DNA from: Callorhinchus milii
Taxonomy: Eukaryota
Direction: 5' to 3'
Assembly (NCBI RefSeq): GCF_018977255.1
Contig: NW_024704743.1
Coordinates: 61,506,001 to 61,570,000 of the forward strand
Length of the DNA stretch: 64,000 nt
Made by a program: the position numbers and the translations under genes. Below the pieces are notes generated by a model. The model was not told where the DNA came from and made no database searches. It saw only the letters and a program-made list of their open reading frames with translations. This document shows, one piece after another, positions 1 through 11,040 of the stretch. How positions within the stretch are numbered: position 1 is the first letter of the stretch; each line of letters opens with the position of its first letter.

Positions 1-62
1 GCTGTCCTGCTGCCGCTCCCCGACTGGCTGCACTCGCTCTGGCGTCGAGTTTAAGTACCTGG

Positions 63-1286
63 GTCAATGATATCCTGACTATCTGTGACCAGGGCTCCCT
101 CTGTCTCCTCGTCCTCCTTGACCTATCGGCAGCATTCGATACGGTCGACCACGCTATCCTACTCCACCGCTTGTCCTCCCACCTCAACCTTCAAGGCACT
201 GTCCTTGAATGGTTTAGCTCTTACCTTTCCCACCGTCTTCACTTCGTCTCAACGAATGGCTTCTCCTCCACCCCCCGTACTGTCTCATGTGGTGTCCCTC
301 AGGGCTCTGTCCTCGGTCCCCTCCTCTTCACCCTCTATATGCTCCCCCTCGGTGACATCATCCGCAAACATGGGGTTAACTTCCACATGTATGCGGATGA
401 CACCCAACTCTACCTTTCCTCCTCTACTCTCAACTCCACGACCACCGATGTCCTGACAGCCTGCCTGTCCGACATCGAGTCCTGGACGAGAGACAACTTT
501 CTTCAGCTCAACGTGCGAAAAACCGAGGCCCTCCTGATTGGCTCACGTCAGCGCCTCCGCACCTCAGGCGCTGACACCATCAGCATCCAAGGCTGCACTC
601 TCCACCTCTCAAAGCCAGTCAGGAACCTCGGCGTTTTGTTTGACCCTGAGCTGTCCTTTCTCCCTCACATCCGCACCACAACTGGCACCGCCTTCCATCA
701 CCTCCGGAATATCGCCAGATTACGGCACTACCTCACCCCTCACGCTGCTGAAACCCTGGTTCACGCCTTTGTCACCTCAAGGCTGGACTATGGGAACTCT
801 CTCCTCGCCGGCCTTCCCGCCACCTCCCTCCACAAGCTGCAGGTCATTCAGAACTCTGCAGCTCGTGTACTGTCCCGCACCAGGCTTCGGGACCACATCA
901 CTCCTACCCTCGCTCGCCTCCACTGGCTCCCCATCCCCCAGAGGATTGATTTCAAGATCCTCATCCTCACCTACAAGGCCATTCACGGCCTTGCTCCCTC
1001 CTACCTCTCCAACCTACTATCCCCCTACCTACCTGCCCGTACCCTCCGTTCCTCTGGCTCCGGTCTGCTCCACATCCCCCGCCCCAACCGCCCTACTATC
1101 GGTGGTCGGGCCTTCAGCCTCTCAGCCCCGAGGCTCTGGAACTCCATCCCCCAGTGCCTTCGCCTTGCTTCCTCCCTTTCCTCCTTCAAGGCCGGTCTCA
1201 AAACCTTTCTCTTTGACCGAGCCTTCAGCTCCCCTCTCGACTCTCTTCCTCCTCCTCGCTCCCTCCCTTCCCTCCCCTCACCCTGA
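63..1286 (+). CDS. Partial L2 ORF2 (reverse transcriptase C-terminal half); transposon-encoded, lacks the endonuclease
   Basis: ORF track 171..1286 extends upstream in frame without stops. RT motifs (DLSAAFD, PQG, YADD) are intact. Confidence 0.85.
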   Translation, partial: VNDILTICDQGSLCLLVLLDLSAAFDTVDHAILLHRLSSHLNLQGTVLEWFSSYLSHRLHFVSTNGFSSTPRTVSCGVPQGSVLGPLLFTLYMLPLGDIIRKHGVNFHMYADDTQLYLSSSTLNSTTTDVLTACLSDIESWTRDNFLQLNVRKTEALLIGSRQRLRTSGADTISIQGCTLHLSKPVRNLGVLFDPELSFLPHIRTTTGTAFHHLRNIARLRHYLTPHAAETLVHAFVTSRLDYGNSLLAGLPATSLHKLQVIQNSAARVLSRTRLRDHITPTLARLHWLPIPQRIDFKILILTYKAIHGLAPSYLSNLLSPYLPARTLRSSGSGLLHIPRPNRPTIGGRAFSLSAPRLWNSIPQCLRLASSLSSFKAGLKTFLFDRAFSSPLDSLPPPRSLPSLPSP

Positions 1287-1344
1287 CCATTTCCCCCCTC
1301 CTCTCTCCCTCCCTTCCCTCCCCTCACCCTGACCATTTCCCCCC
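1258..1344 (+). repeat. Tandem duplication (about 40 bp x2) at the L2 ORF end / 3' UTR
   Basis: ctccctcccttccctcccctcaccctgaccatttccccc occurs twice. Confidence 0.85.
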
Positions 1345-1434
1345 TGCTCGGGTCATGACCCAACTGTGCAGCGCCTTGGGACGTCCTCCTGACGTGAAAG
1401 GCGCTCTATAAATGGAATCTTGTTGTTGTTGTTG

Positions 1435-1478
1435 TACATTTGTATGGCGCCTTTCACGTCGGGAGGACGTCCCAAGGC
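1435..1478 (-). mobile_element. Inverted L2 3'-tail fragment
   Basis: Near reverse complement of the tail at about 1373-1415. Confidence 0.85.
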
Positions 1479-2516
1479 TAACCTGAGATTTCCATGCATC
1501 CCACCCATACATGGAAATCTCAGAGATAGATTGTTGGAATAGAACGTGCACTTGTCTCCCTTTGATGGTAACAGGAATTGAATTAACATTGAAAATAGTT
1601 TCCTGATACTATCAAACAGTCATCTGCTGTTTCCCATTTCCCTTTAAAACAGCACTTCCCACCTTAATAATTTTATCTCCACTCACTGTGTAAATAAATG
1701 TGTTTTTATATACAGTATATACAAATGACAGAAATAAATGTAACACAAACATTATTAATAAAGAAAATCATAATTCTTTGCTGCCATTTGATTATTCAAA
1801 GGTGCACAACAGTGAGTTTCCCCCTGTAAAATTCTTCTCACCGGTCTGAAGGGAAAAATTAAATGAGTGAGTGAATGAAGAAAGGAATCACTGCTGCCCT
1901 TTGCGTAGCAAAAGAATGATTAATATTTACTTATTCAAATTTATCATAATAAAATGAATTAGCAACATCTGCTTCGATTAAATTAAAGTCATGTTTTATT
2001 TAATGAGATTTACAACTTAGTCTTAGCTGCTTTAAGAAATGTAATCTCTTCAGTTATATCACCTAAAGATATGCATAAAAATCAAAACCAAGGAATATTT
2101 CTGTGGCTGCTGCTCTGGAAGATGATGAATCTCTTTTGACATGTTGAGCTGTGCTGGATTACTCCTATTGCACCCTTTAGGGAAAAAACTTTTCATTGTT
2201 GCCTTGAAGCATAATAGCAGTCCAGACATGCATAATGTTCTTATACCCAGTCTCTGTGCACACATTCCTTTCTATGGCTGCATGATTTATCAACATGGAC
2301 TCCAGAAACACAAAGTTGCTCATAGTCTCAGCTTTAAAACTATTGTCTTAAAAGTTAAGATCAAGCAAAACATTGGAAAATTCATAAAGTAAGTTTGAAT
2401 ATGAAAGGTAATCAATACAGGGCATTTAATCCAATAATAACACAGATGTCTGGGAACAATCTGGAAGTGAGTCAAAAAGCCAAATTTAGATCATCAGGTC
2501 ACTGCTAATGGCACTC

Positions 2517-2892
2517 CAACAACAACTTGCACTTATATAGCGCCCTCCATGAAGAGTAGCACCTCAGAGCGCTTAACAGTGGCGGAGCCTGACCTAGAGC
2601 CGGTGGGGGCGGAAGGGGTGACCATAAGCACAGTCGAAAAAGGTTTTCAGGCGGGACCTGAAAAAGGGGAGAGAGGGGACAAGATGGAGGGATTGAGGGA
2701 GAGTGTTCCAGTGTTTCAGGGCGTAGTGGCTGAAAGCGCGACCTCCGATGGTGGGGCGCAGAGTGCGAGGAATGAGCAGGAGGCCGGTGCCAGTCGAACA
2801 GAGGTGCCGGGTAGTGGATTAGGGAGTGAGGAGGTCGGAGAGGTAGGGACGTGCCAGGTAGTGAAGGGATTTGAACAAGAGTGTGAGGATGT
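2517..2892 (-). mobile_element. L2 3' end, second subfamily
   Basis: (CAA)n tail at 2517. The minus strand encodes a degenerate [25 protein letters not shown] C-terminus. Confidence 0.85.
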
Positions 2893-3172
2893 GTGCTATG
2901 TGCAGCGTTATTTTGCAAAGAAAATGAAAATGAGTTTCTGGTGCATACCGTGACACAGAAAATGACATCTGTGACACTCTTTGCATGTAGTGTGTGTGAT
3001 GAGCCTTGAGCCTTTTTCTGTGCTACAAACTAATTTAATTGAATCATTAAAAAAAGGTCTCACAAAATACGCTGGAGATCAGCTTGGCTCTCAGGAGCTG
3101 CTCCGTGGGGCTAAACACAAAAGGAATGGTGTTCTTTGAAACCTGCTGCTGCCAGGAGCCCAAAACACAAAA

Positions 3173-3838
3173 TTGTACCCAGATCATTCAACCCGTCTGC
3201 AGAAGCTGCTTTCCGACCCGAGCTGCTTTCCCCCAAAATGCCCCCCTCCCTGTCCTCTAAACTCCATTACTCCCGCTCAGTCCTCCTCTCCCACCGTCCT
3301 CCTCACCTCCTATCCCCACCTGACTGTCCCACTGCTCCAGCCTGGGAATCCTCCATTGGGCTTACCACTCACTGTTGGCTGTCCAGCAGTAGCCACACTG
3401 ATTGCCCCATCCCCCACTATCGCCCCAAAGCCCACCAGCACCAGACCCTGGGGGAAAACTTCTCCTTCCTCATCCACTTGCCCATCCTCCCTGACAATCC
3501 CCCCCAGGGTCTGGTGCTGGTGGGCCTTGCGGCTATAGTGGGGGATGGGGCAATCAGTGTGGCTACTGCTGGACAGCCAACAGTGAGTGGTAAGCCCAAT
3601 GGAGGATTCCGAGGCTGGAGCAGTGGGAGGCTGTGGGACGTTGCCTTCGCTCCACCAGGTCTGGCCTCTTCCTCGTCCCCCGAATCCTCCGCTCCACCAT
3701 CGGCGGCCATGCCTTCAGCCACTATGCCCCGAGGCTCCTCACTCTCTTTGCCTCGCCCCATCTCTTCCTATTTTCAGCACTCTAGGATGCCGTCCAGTGT
3801 GGAGGGCGCTATTTTAATCTAAGTTGTTGTTGTTGTTG
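3173..3838 (+). mobile_element. Rearranged L2 (putative 5' segment, fold-back inversion, 3' end with (TTG)n tail)
   Basis: 3640-3838 matches the second-subfamily L2 3' end (accatcggcggccatgccttcagccactatgccccg; gagggcgctat...ttgttgttg). The inverted repeat 3327-3454 / 3501-3628 lies upstream. Confidence 0.65.
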
Positions 3839-3881
3839 GTCTTGCACGTTCCTCTGTCACCTGTGCCCTCTGCATCAAAAC

Positions 3882-3948
3882 CAGCACCTTAGGACATCCT
3901 CCTGGCGTGAAAGGCACTAAATAAATGTAATTTGTTGTTGTTTTTGTT
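3882..3948 (+). mobile_element. Tail-only L2 fragment
   Basis: cagcaccttaggacatcctcctggcgtgaaaggcac...ttgttgttg resembles the 1369-1434 tail. Similar stubs lie at about 6318-6382, 13997-14062 and 23980-24046. Confidence 0.75.
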
Positions 3949-4505
3949 GGGGAGTTCCCGCGAGTTAGCGTGGTGGACAGCCGGATTCCCCATTAGTGAC
4001 TCTAAGCTGCTATTCCTAATTTTCATTGTGAACCATCCTTTTACATCTCCAAGGATGTTTTGTTGAAAAAAAATTATTTTTCTGTGGCAAAGTCCCACAT
4101 CATAAATCCAGGGCTGCGAAAGACAGCAAGCTTATTGCTAATGGTAACTATTTGTAGGTAGCTGAGAGAATTACTAAACACAAACTTCAAAAGTTCGCAA
4201 TCCCTTTTCTTCCTTTCTCTAGACCCACATAACGTGCACAAAGCACCTCACTGAAGTGTGACTGACCCTCTCCACTCCCCTTTCTAGTGGATACAAACTT
4301 TGTCAATTTTGACCATGTTTATCGTCACTTCTTTGTTCCCCTACCCTCCCTGCTTCATGTCTGGCACTGACTCTGTAAAGCACTTCAAGATGTAAGTCTA
4401 TATGAAAGGTGCTGTATAAAACAAGTTGTTGTCCAGCTCAGTTGGTAGCACTCTTGCCTGAGAGTCAGATGTTGTGGGTTCAAGCCCCATATCAGAACCT
4501 TGATC

Positions 4506-4727
4506 CAGGGTGGTCCAACTGGCAGCCCATTGGCTGCATCCTGCCCGAGGGCCAATTTAATCTCCCCCCTCCTCCATTTCATCTGGCCCACCCGCTACCT
4601 CCATAACCATGATCCATAAATGTTATGTTTCTGGAAGGGAAAAACAAAAATATTGCTTTTGTGGCCCTATGGTCATTTCTTAAAAAGGGCATCCGGCCCT
4701 CAACAGCCAACAGGTTGGACCACCCTG
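4506..4727. mobile_element. hAT-type non-autonomous DNA transposon (MITE) inserted in an old SINE head
   Basis: Perfect 14-bp TIR CAGGGTGGTCCAAC (4506-4519) / GTTGGACCACCCTG (4714-4727). Flanks show an imperfect duplication ccttgat / ccttggat. Subterminal ggccc-like motifs are present. Confidence 0.8.
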
Positions 4728-5172
4728 GCCTTGGATAAGAGCTCCTTTCACATAGGATAATTTCAAAGCACTTCACAATGATGAGCGTATTCACTGTCAT
4801 TATAAAGTGCTTCAAGATGTTTATTGCACGTGAAAGGCCATATATAAACGTGCATTCGATTGGGGTGTAAGCCGAGACTATGAGCTCAGTGTACTGATGT
4901 ACAGCTAGGCTCTCCACTTTGGTACTGGGGGAAGTGCTGCACTGAAATATCATGCAAACATTGAAGCATTGAGTTGGTAAAATATTACAATTAGCCAATG
5001 ACCAATTAATGACTGGGAGCTGCTAATAATAATCCTTACATTTTTGATATCTCCTATACATCAGAAGGTTGTCTCAAAGCACTTCACAAGATATAATGTA
5101 AAGTGAAGCAACTGTGTATTTTAGTAAGAAAACACCAATGATCTACCCTACGCTAATGTTAGACGTCCGTCC

Positions 5173-5856
5173 TGTAAGCTATCCCAGAGTTCATGTGGAG
5201 TGAACCAAAGAAGATGCAAAGCTTTGTGGGTTTGTTTACTGCTCCCAGTGAATAAATCACAAGGACAGTTATGGTTTTGAATGCCAAAGGTTGCTAAAGA
5301 TCAAAGAATGGTGGAAACAATCTGTTTGGACCTGGGCGCCAATTACTCTCGAGTCTTTGAAATGCATTCATGAACACCAGTGACTCTTGAGACTTTGAAA
5401 TGCATGGTTTAACCAAATGGTCAGAAGCTGGTCAGGGTGGAAGATGTTTGCATTCATGAATATCAGTGATGAATGACATCAAAATGCCAAGAGACAGACT
5501 TCTCAGACGCAGGATTGGTGGGACTCGGAAGAGTATAAAATAACGCAGTTTCAGAAAAAAATAAGAAGAGCACAGGTGTGGAATGGAGTAGCTAATCACA
5601 ACAGATCTCAAGAAGATGATTGTCCACAACGCACTCAATTGATGATCCACCCACTCAAATCCAATGGGTCCCCTCCATCTTTTTCACAGCGATCCAATTT
5701 GATCAATCAATTCCCAGTCGTAAGCATAAACCTTTTTAACTGTTAGATTGATTGTACTTCTCGCTAACTAATAAACTGGATTGATTGTACCACATTCAAT
5801 CTGGTCTTTATCTGACTTTACCTCAGGATTCATAAACTAAAAGATAGAACCTTACA
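5173..5856 (+). mobile_element. Solo LTR (684 bp) of an LTR retroelement / ERV
   Basis: TGTAAG...CTTACA inverted termini flanked by a 4-bp TSD GTCC (5169-5172, 5857-5860). Internal ATTGG at 5514, TATAAAA at 5534-5540, AATAAA at 5770-5775, and U3-like direct repeats at 5345-5470. Confidence 0.85.
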
Positions 5857-7135
5857 GTCCTGAACTATTAGTGCTGCTCGATAGCCTTGCCACTCGGCAC
5901 CTCTGTAAATCAAAAATAATGTTTGAAACTTTACTTTTATCTTCTTCGTTTGCTTGCTTTCCCCTTCTTCTTTTCCTGCACATTTTACAATTCAAGTTTT
6001 ACTTGCATTGTAACATACCTATAAAACATTTTTGACTATTACCAAATGCATTTGTTTAAAAAATTGAGTAAATTGAGTAATTACTTTTGCTTCAACACCT
6101 ACGGTCTTTTCTGGAACGGGGACCCAGAAGCATTAGTCTCTGACTAGCTGAAAATAAGTTCCAAAAGCTTATTTTTTTCTACAAATATTGTTAACACTGG
6201 AGCTGACAATTATTTAAATGATCTTATACATTTCTGCTTATGATCATATAGTATTTATTATTTCGATGTGTAAATGGTGCAGCGTTCCCATTTGGTTAAC
6301 ATCCACTATTTAATTCTTTAAGTGCTCCGAGACGCTACACTGCCGGAAGGGTGCTTTATAAATGTAAGCTGTTGTTGTTGTAACAGATCGATAACTTTCT
6401 CTCTTTCACTCTTTCTCACTCTTTCTCTCTCTCTGAGCTCAGCCTTTTCTCTCTTGCATGCTGCACAGGAAGTACAACTGGAAAATATATGTTGGTATCT
6501 AAGTGTCAGAATACATGCATTAGCCAGAATGAAAATGTACAATTTGAGAATAAAGCGTCTATCTGGAGACGCAGTTGTGTGATGCAACTGTCATATGTAA
6601 AATCTCTGTGTGTTAACTAGTTATGAGGAGTGTTACTTGGTGCTCTGGACACTTGGGTAATCTGCATTGCTTTGTTACCTGTTTCAAGTGAATGAAACTA
6701 CTCTGAAAAGAAAAACATAACTAGCTTTGTCCTGCTCCATTAACTTAATGCCTAGAATAGGGAAGATCATCCTTTGATAAGGGGATCTGCAACATCCAGG
6801 AAAATAGACAATTGTGTACCTCCTCACCAATCCATTCAGGAACTCCACTGAAATGGAATCAACCATAAAAACTTAACAAAATGAGTTCAAATGGCCTGAA
6901 GGGGATTCTTCATCCAAACCTCCCTTGTGACCATCTTATATTTTACAGTAGAGTGATCAGGGTTCGAAAATGCACTGTGTCTCCAGCAAGCTGGCTCCAA
7001 GCAGAGATTGCAAAATGGTTTATTGGGGGTCAGAATACTTAGATCAGGATTATATTTTTAAATTTAATTTTTATTCTGGTTGTGGCTCTCTTCCCATTTT
7101 TGTCTCCCTCTTGCAAACACTGTCCTCTGCCAGTA

Positions 7136-7690
7136 CTATCCTCCTCGGGGGCAGATAAAGCAGAGTCTTCTTGCATCTGAGCTGGCTCTAAGGTAACATG
7201 CTTGGCAACAGAATGTAAAAATCAAGTCAACTCTCTGAGGTGGTCTTTGATAGGTCTGGTTTCTAAGCCAGGTGCATCCACAGTACTCCAGAGCACTGTT
7301 GATGCCAAATCTGCTAGCCCGGTATATCACCAGGACATGAGGGACAGGCAGATCATTGGGATCAGGGAATCATTGCACTTAACTCCTATTAATTGTGCAA
7401 GCCAAAGCCCCAAACAGGTAGCATGGTCTTAGCAGGACAAGCAGCCAGAAGTGTTCTCAATGGCAAGCTACTGAACATCAAACATGGAAGATGGTTGAAC
7501 TCCACGACTACCCCAGCACACAATCTAGGATCCCCAAGCTTTGCTTCTTGCCGAATACTCTCAGGAATTAGGTTAGTTTTAGGAATTAGGTAAGTAGGGT
7601 ACACCCCTCTAGGGAGAGGGCGAATATTTCATTCCAGATGCAAGGAAATTCCCAAGTGTAGGTGGGATACATATGTGCAATTTCAGTCTG
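7136..7690 (+). repeat. Unclassified dispersed repeat (family X), probably an old long SINE
   Basis: Colinear similarity to 16410-16945 (ttggcaacagaatgt, tactccaga, ctcctattaa..tgcaagccaa, tcaatggcaagcta, tccccaagc, gtgtaggtgggat). Confidence 0.75.
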
Positions 7691-9614
7691 ATACGGATAC
7701 TCTTAAACTAGGTGATGATTTTCTGCATACAGTATATCAGACATCTATCTGATCAAAACATAGTCCTCTGCTAGTAAGGATTTCAGGCTGGCTGTTGGAG
7801 AGTGTCACTCCCTCACCAATGGCCACTGCATGAGATCCAATTAATATTTCTGCCTGCTGCTGAAAGCTTAAGTCTGAGGAAGGCAAGGAAGCTGAGACTG
7901 TAAGATTTTTGAGTGACCTGTGGGTAGGAGGGTATCACATACTTGCGAGCTAGATGGACTCCGGTTGATATAAAGCAGTAGGGACTATAATATAGTAACA
8001 GAATTGTTACAGCAAGACGCTTATGACAGTTATGCTATGTGAGCTATTGAGCTGACTGTTGGAATTGCGTCTCCACATGATTTGACAAGTTGCACAATGG
8101 CCCCTGTGAAGGACTAGGTCACAGCTGACCAATAGAGGTCACTGTTGAAATCCTCCTGAGTGCAATTTCTTCTTGTTATCAGTGGAGCAGCACCGAAGGA
8201 ATTCTGTACATCAAACATGTAAGATAATGCTCTTCACATCCTCATCTCGAGGAGCGATATCCCTTTTCTGCTAGTGTACCCAAGTCTCCATCTTCCTTGA
8301 AATACATTTGCTTTACTAACTGATGGCACACTCTCCATATAGTTGTGATATTAAAATTCTTTATGTGGATCTAAACTGGAAACCATTGAGTGCTTTGAAA
8401 TTGTTTAATAAGATGGTCAATTCACTGCTTTGATAAATATGACATTGTTAAACCAGAGGTCAAAGCTCTAATTGAAACTCTTGGTTTGCACCTGAAATTG
8501 TGCGATTTACTTAGACATTTGCCCAAAAAATTTAAATCCTGCTATTAGCAAAGGTGATTTTGTAGCTGGGATTTTGCTTTCTAACCTTTTGCTGGACTTT
8601 TGGAAGCCATTCCCAGCCCAGAAACACACTAAATGCAAATCAATCGCTGGCCACAATTGCAACCCAGAAATAGCAATTAGCACAGCATCTTGTGGTTTGC
8701 CAATGCTGTATTTTAGAGTCAAATGTCTAAAGTCATCACTGCTCTATGGTATTTTAGACTTCCAGCAACTACATAATGGTGGACATTTCCTGGGGCCGTG
8801 GGGAAAGGATTCATTTCTTTGCATCTTATTTAAGGTTAAAATCTCACTATTTTATATCTTACCAATTCATCACAGTCAGTAAAGCTGAAATAATCAGACC
8901 ACCTGTTTCTGCCCTCTTGTGAGAATGACAACCTGCAAATGACATGAATAATTGGACCAGATTGAGATAACTGCTGGAGCTGGTAAAATCTGGCAGCCAA
9001 ATGTGAGTAGTCGTGTGATTATATGCACAATATTGGGATAATCAAGCAGAGAATCATGTTTGTAACAAAACTATTCTATTACAGAATCCACAGAACTCTC
9101 CTGCTCCTCCAAAATACCAGCAGATGATTCCCACTTTCATTTCTATGTAAACTATGTAATATCACAAGAATGTGAAGCTGATACAATTTCTCCCTGTGTC
9201 AGGCAGTAAAATAAATGCTAATATCTCTGTTTGTCAAATCCTGTGGTTTGGTTGCAGGAGCCTGCTCTCTGTTGCTGTTCACCATGACAACACTGCCGGA
9301 AAACAATAACAAAATTGGAAAATATTAAGGAATCATTAAGCCTCTCTTATATGATGGTTCAGTGCGCAAATGCAATCTCTCTCTCTCAGTCTTTCTCTCT
9401 CTTTCTCATGCACACACATATACACACACAGCTCACATTCACAGTGTTACAGCCTTGCTTGACCCAACACATTACTCAGCACATGAGAGCTGACAACGTG
9501 ATACAGCAAGAGGGTCTGGGCTGTATGTGTCTCTTTCTCTCTCTCTGGGATTCAACCAGCCCCCCTTGGGGAAATGGCTGGCCTGAGTTCTGGGTTCTGT
9601 GCCATCCCAATCCC

Positions 9615-9940
9615 CGAGAAACTCCCTTCCCTTTACGAATAGTGCCGCGGAAGATCTTTAATGTCCACCTGAACAGCCAGACCGGCTGTGAGCTCGGTTT
9701 AACGTCTCATCCAAAGAACAGCACCTCAGACAATGCAACACCCCCAGCGTTGCATTGGAGCGTCAGTTTAGACTGCGTAAGTTCAAGTCCCGATGCGGAC
9801 ATTAAAGATCCCTCGGCGCTACAGGAAAAGAGAAGGGAGTTTCTCTCTCCCAGTATCCTGACCAACGATCTCCCAGTTAATATTGGTCACTCACTCCATG
9901 GCTGCTTGTGGGCCATTGCTGTGTGAAACTGGCTGCATTT
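9615..9940. mobile_element. Old Deu-domain SINE pieces in opposite orientations
   Basis: 9615-9790 is a minus-strand SINE body and 9795-9940 is a plus-strand body. The overlapping part is present in both orientations. Confidence 0.7.
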
Positions 9941-10020
9941 AGGAACGTAAGGACAGGAATAGGTCATTCAGCCCCTCGAGCCTGTTCTGCTATTCTATTA
10001 GATCTGTATCTCAACTCCAT
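9938..10020 (-). mobile_element. CR1-clade LINE 3' tail
   Basis: Reverse complement reads atggagttgagatacagatc...caggctcgaggggctgaatgacctattcctgtcct. Related tails lie at about 13510-13580 and 29415-29630. Confidence 0.7.
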
Positions 10021-10358
10021 GCAAATTGGAAATAAATAAATTGCAAACACACAGTCTCTACGCTTCAAAGTGAAATAAAAACTCCCACAAAGCGCTTTGG
10101 GGAAGTCTCAACGTCATTGTGTCGGAGGAACAGTAACAGGAAGATGAAATATTATTATGATTGCTTTCACTCATGAACAGGGATTTCCTTTTAAGGTCAA
10201 ATTCAAAGGCACATTCAGAGCAAGCTCCCAAAACGTCGATCACAGTTACATGACCGAGGTTTTTGGAATAAAAAATACAATCCGTGCTTTTAACACAGAG
10301 TCTTTCATGTTGGGATGACGTAACTTTCCTCTTCACGTTGCTGTAAAGACAAATAATA

Positions 10359-10594
10359 GGAGTCCTATAGCTCAGTGGTTAGAGCATTCTCCTCACAAGC
10401 GGGAGATCTGGGTTCAAAACCTTGGGCAAGTTTCCTTACTCAATACGACTGATAATAATCCCTCAAGAAAAAAACAATAAGAATTTGGACACTTAATCCA
10501 CGATTATTTGTGGGACATTGCTGCCGTGTTTCGCCCACAAATATACAGTCAATTCACTTTACAGTATATTCTGTTAAGCATTTTGAGACGTCTA
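10359..10594 (+). mobile_element. Young tRNA-derived SINE, internally deleted
   Basis: gagtcctatagctcagtggttagagc head plus body matching 47761-48080. Confidence 0.85.
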
Positions 10595-10849
10595 AATGCC
10601 TACCAGCAATTATTGTCCAAATTCACACATGAACAATGGTTAAATGGGCAAAGTACCAGAAGTCGGGTCAATGATGGGTAATAAAGGTCCCCATCATGAG
10701 TTTACTATACTCACAAGAGGAGGATAGGAAAATTGTAAAAATCTGTCCATGTATTATACAGAATAACAAGTCCCAGAGTGCTGTATGGCAACAATAGAAT
10801 GAAGGGTTGAGAGATCATTGATAATACATTTATTGAATTTATGGTATTT

Positions 10850-11040
10850 ATAATAATAATCACTTGCATTTGATATAACACCTTATCACATCTTCGCGAC
10901 GTCTCAAATTGCTTCTCAGAATATACTGTAAAGTGAATTGATTGTATATTTTGTGGGTGAAACATGGCAGCCAATTGCACACAGCAGTGTCCCACAAACA
11001 GTCATGGATTGAGGATTATTATTAAATTGGTCACTCAATT
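10850..11040 (-). mobile_element. Young SINE, 3' half
   Basis: (TAA)n tail followed by the reverse-complement SINE body. Confidence 0.85.

Larger units (their letters stand above)
63..1434 (+). mobile_element. L2-clade LINE, 5'-truncated, young copy (RT, C-terminal domain, 3' UTR and (TTG)n tail)
   Basis: Frame is open from about 63 ([24 protein letters not shown]) to the stop at 1286. It contains [21 protein letters not shown] and the L2-type C-terminus ([38 protein letters not shown]). A stem-loop tail and (TTG)n follow. Confidence 0.95.

Noticed and set aside
538..1332. 264-aa Ser/Pro-rich ORF and similar overlapping ORFs
   Set aside because: Alternative frames of the C-rich L2 coding strand.
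3136..3822. 228-aa ORF and mirror peptides on both strands
   Set aside because: Produced by the inverted duplication inside an L2 relic.
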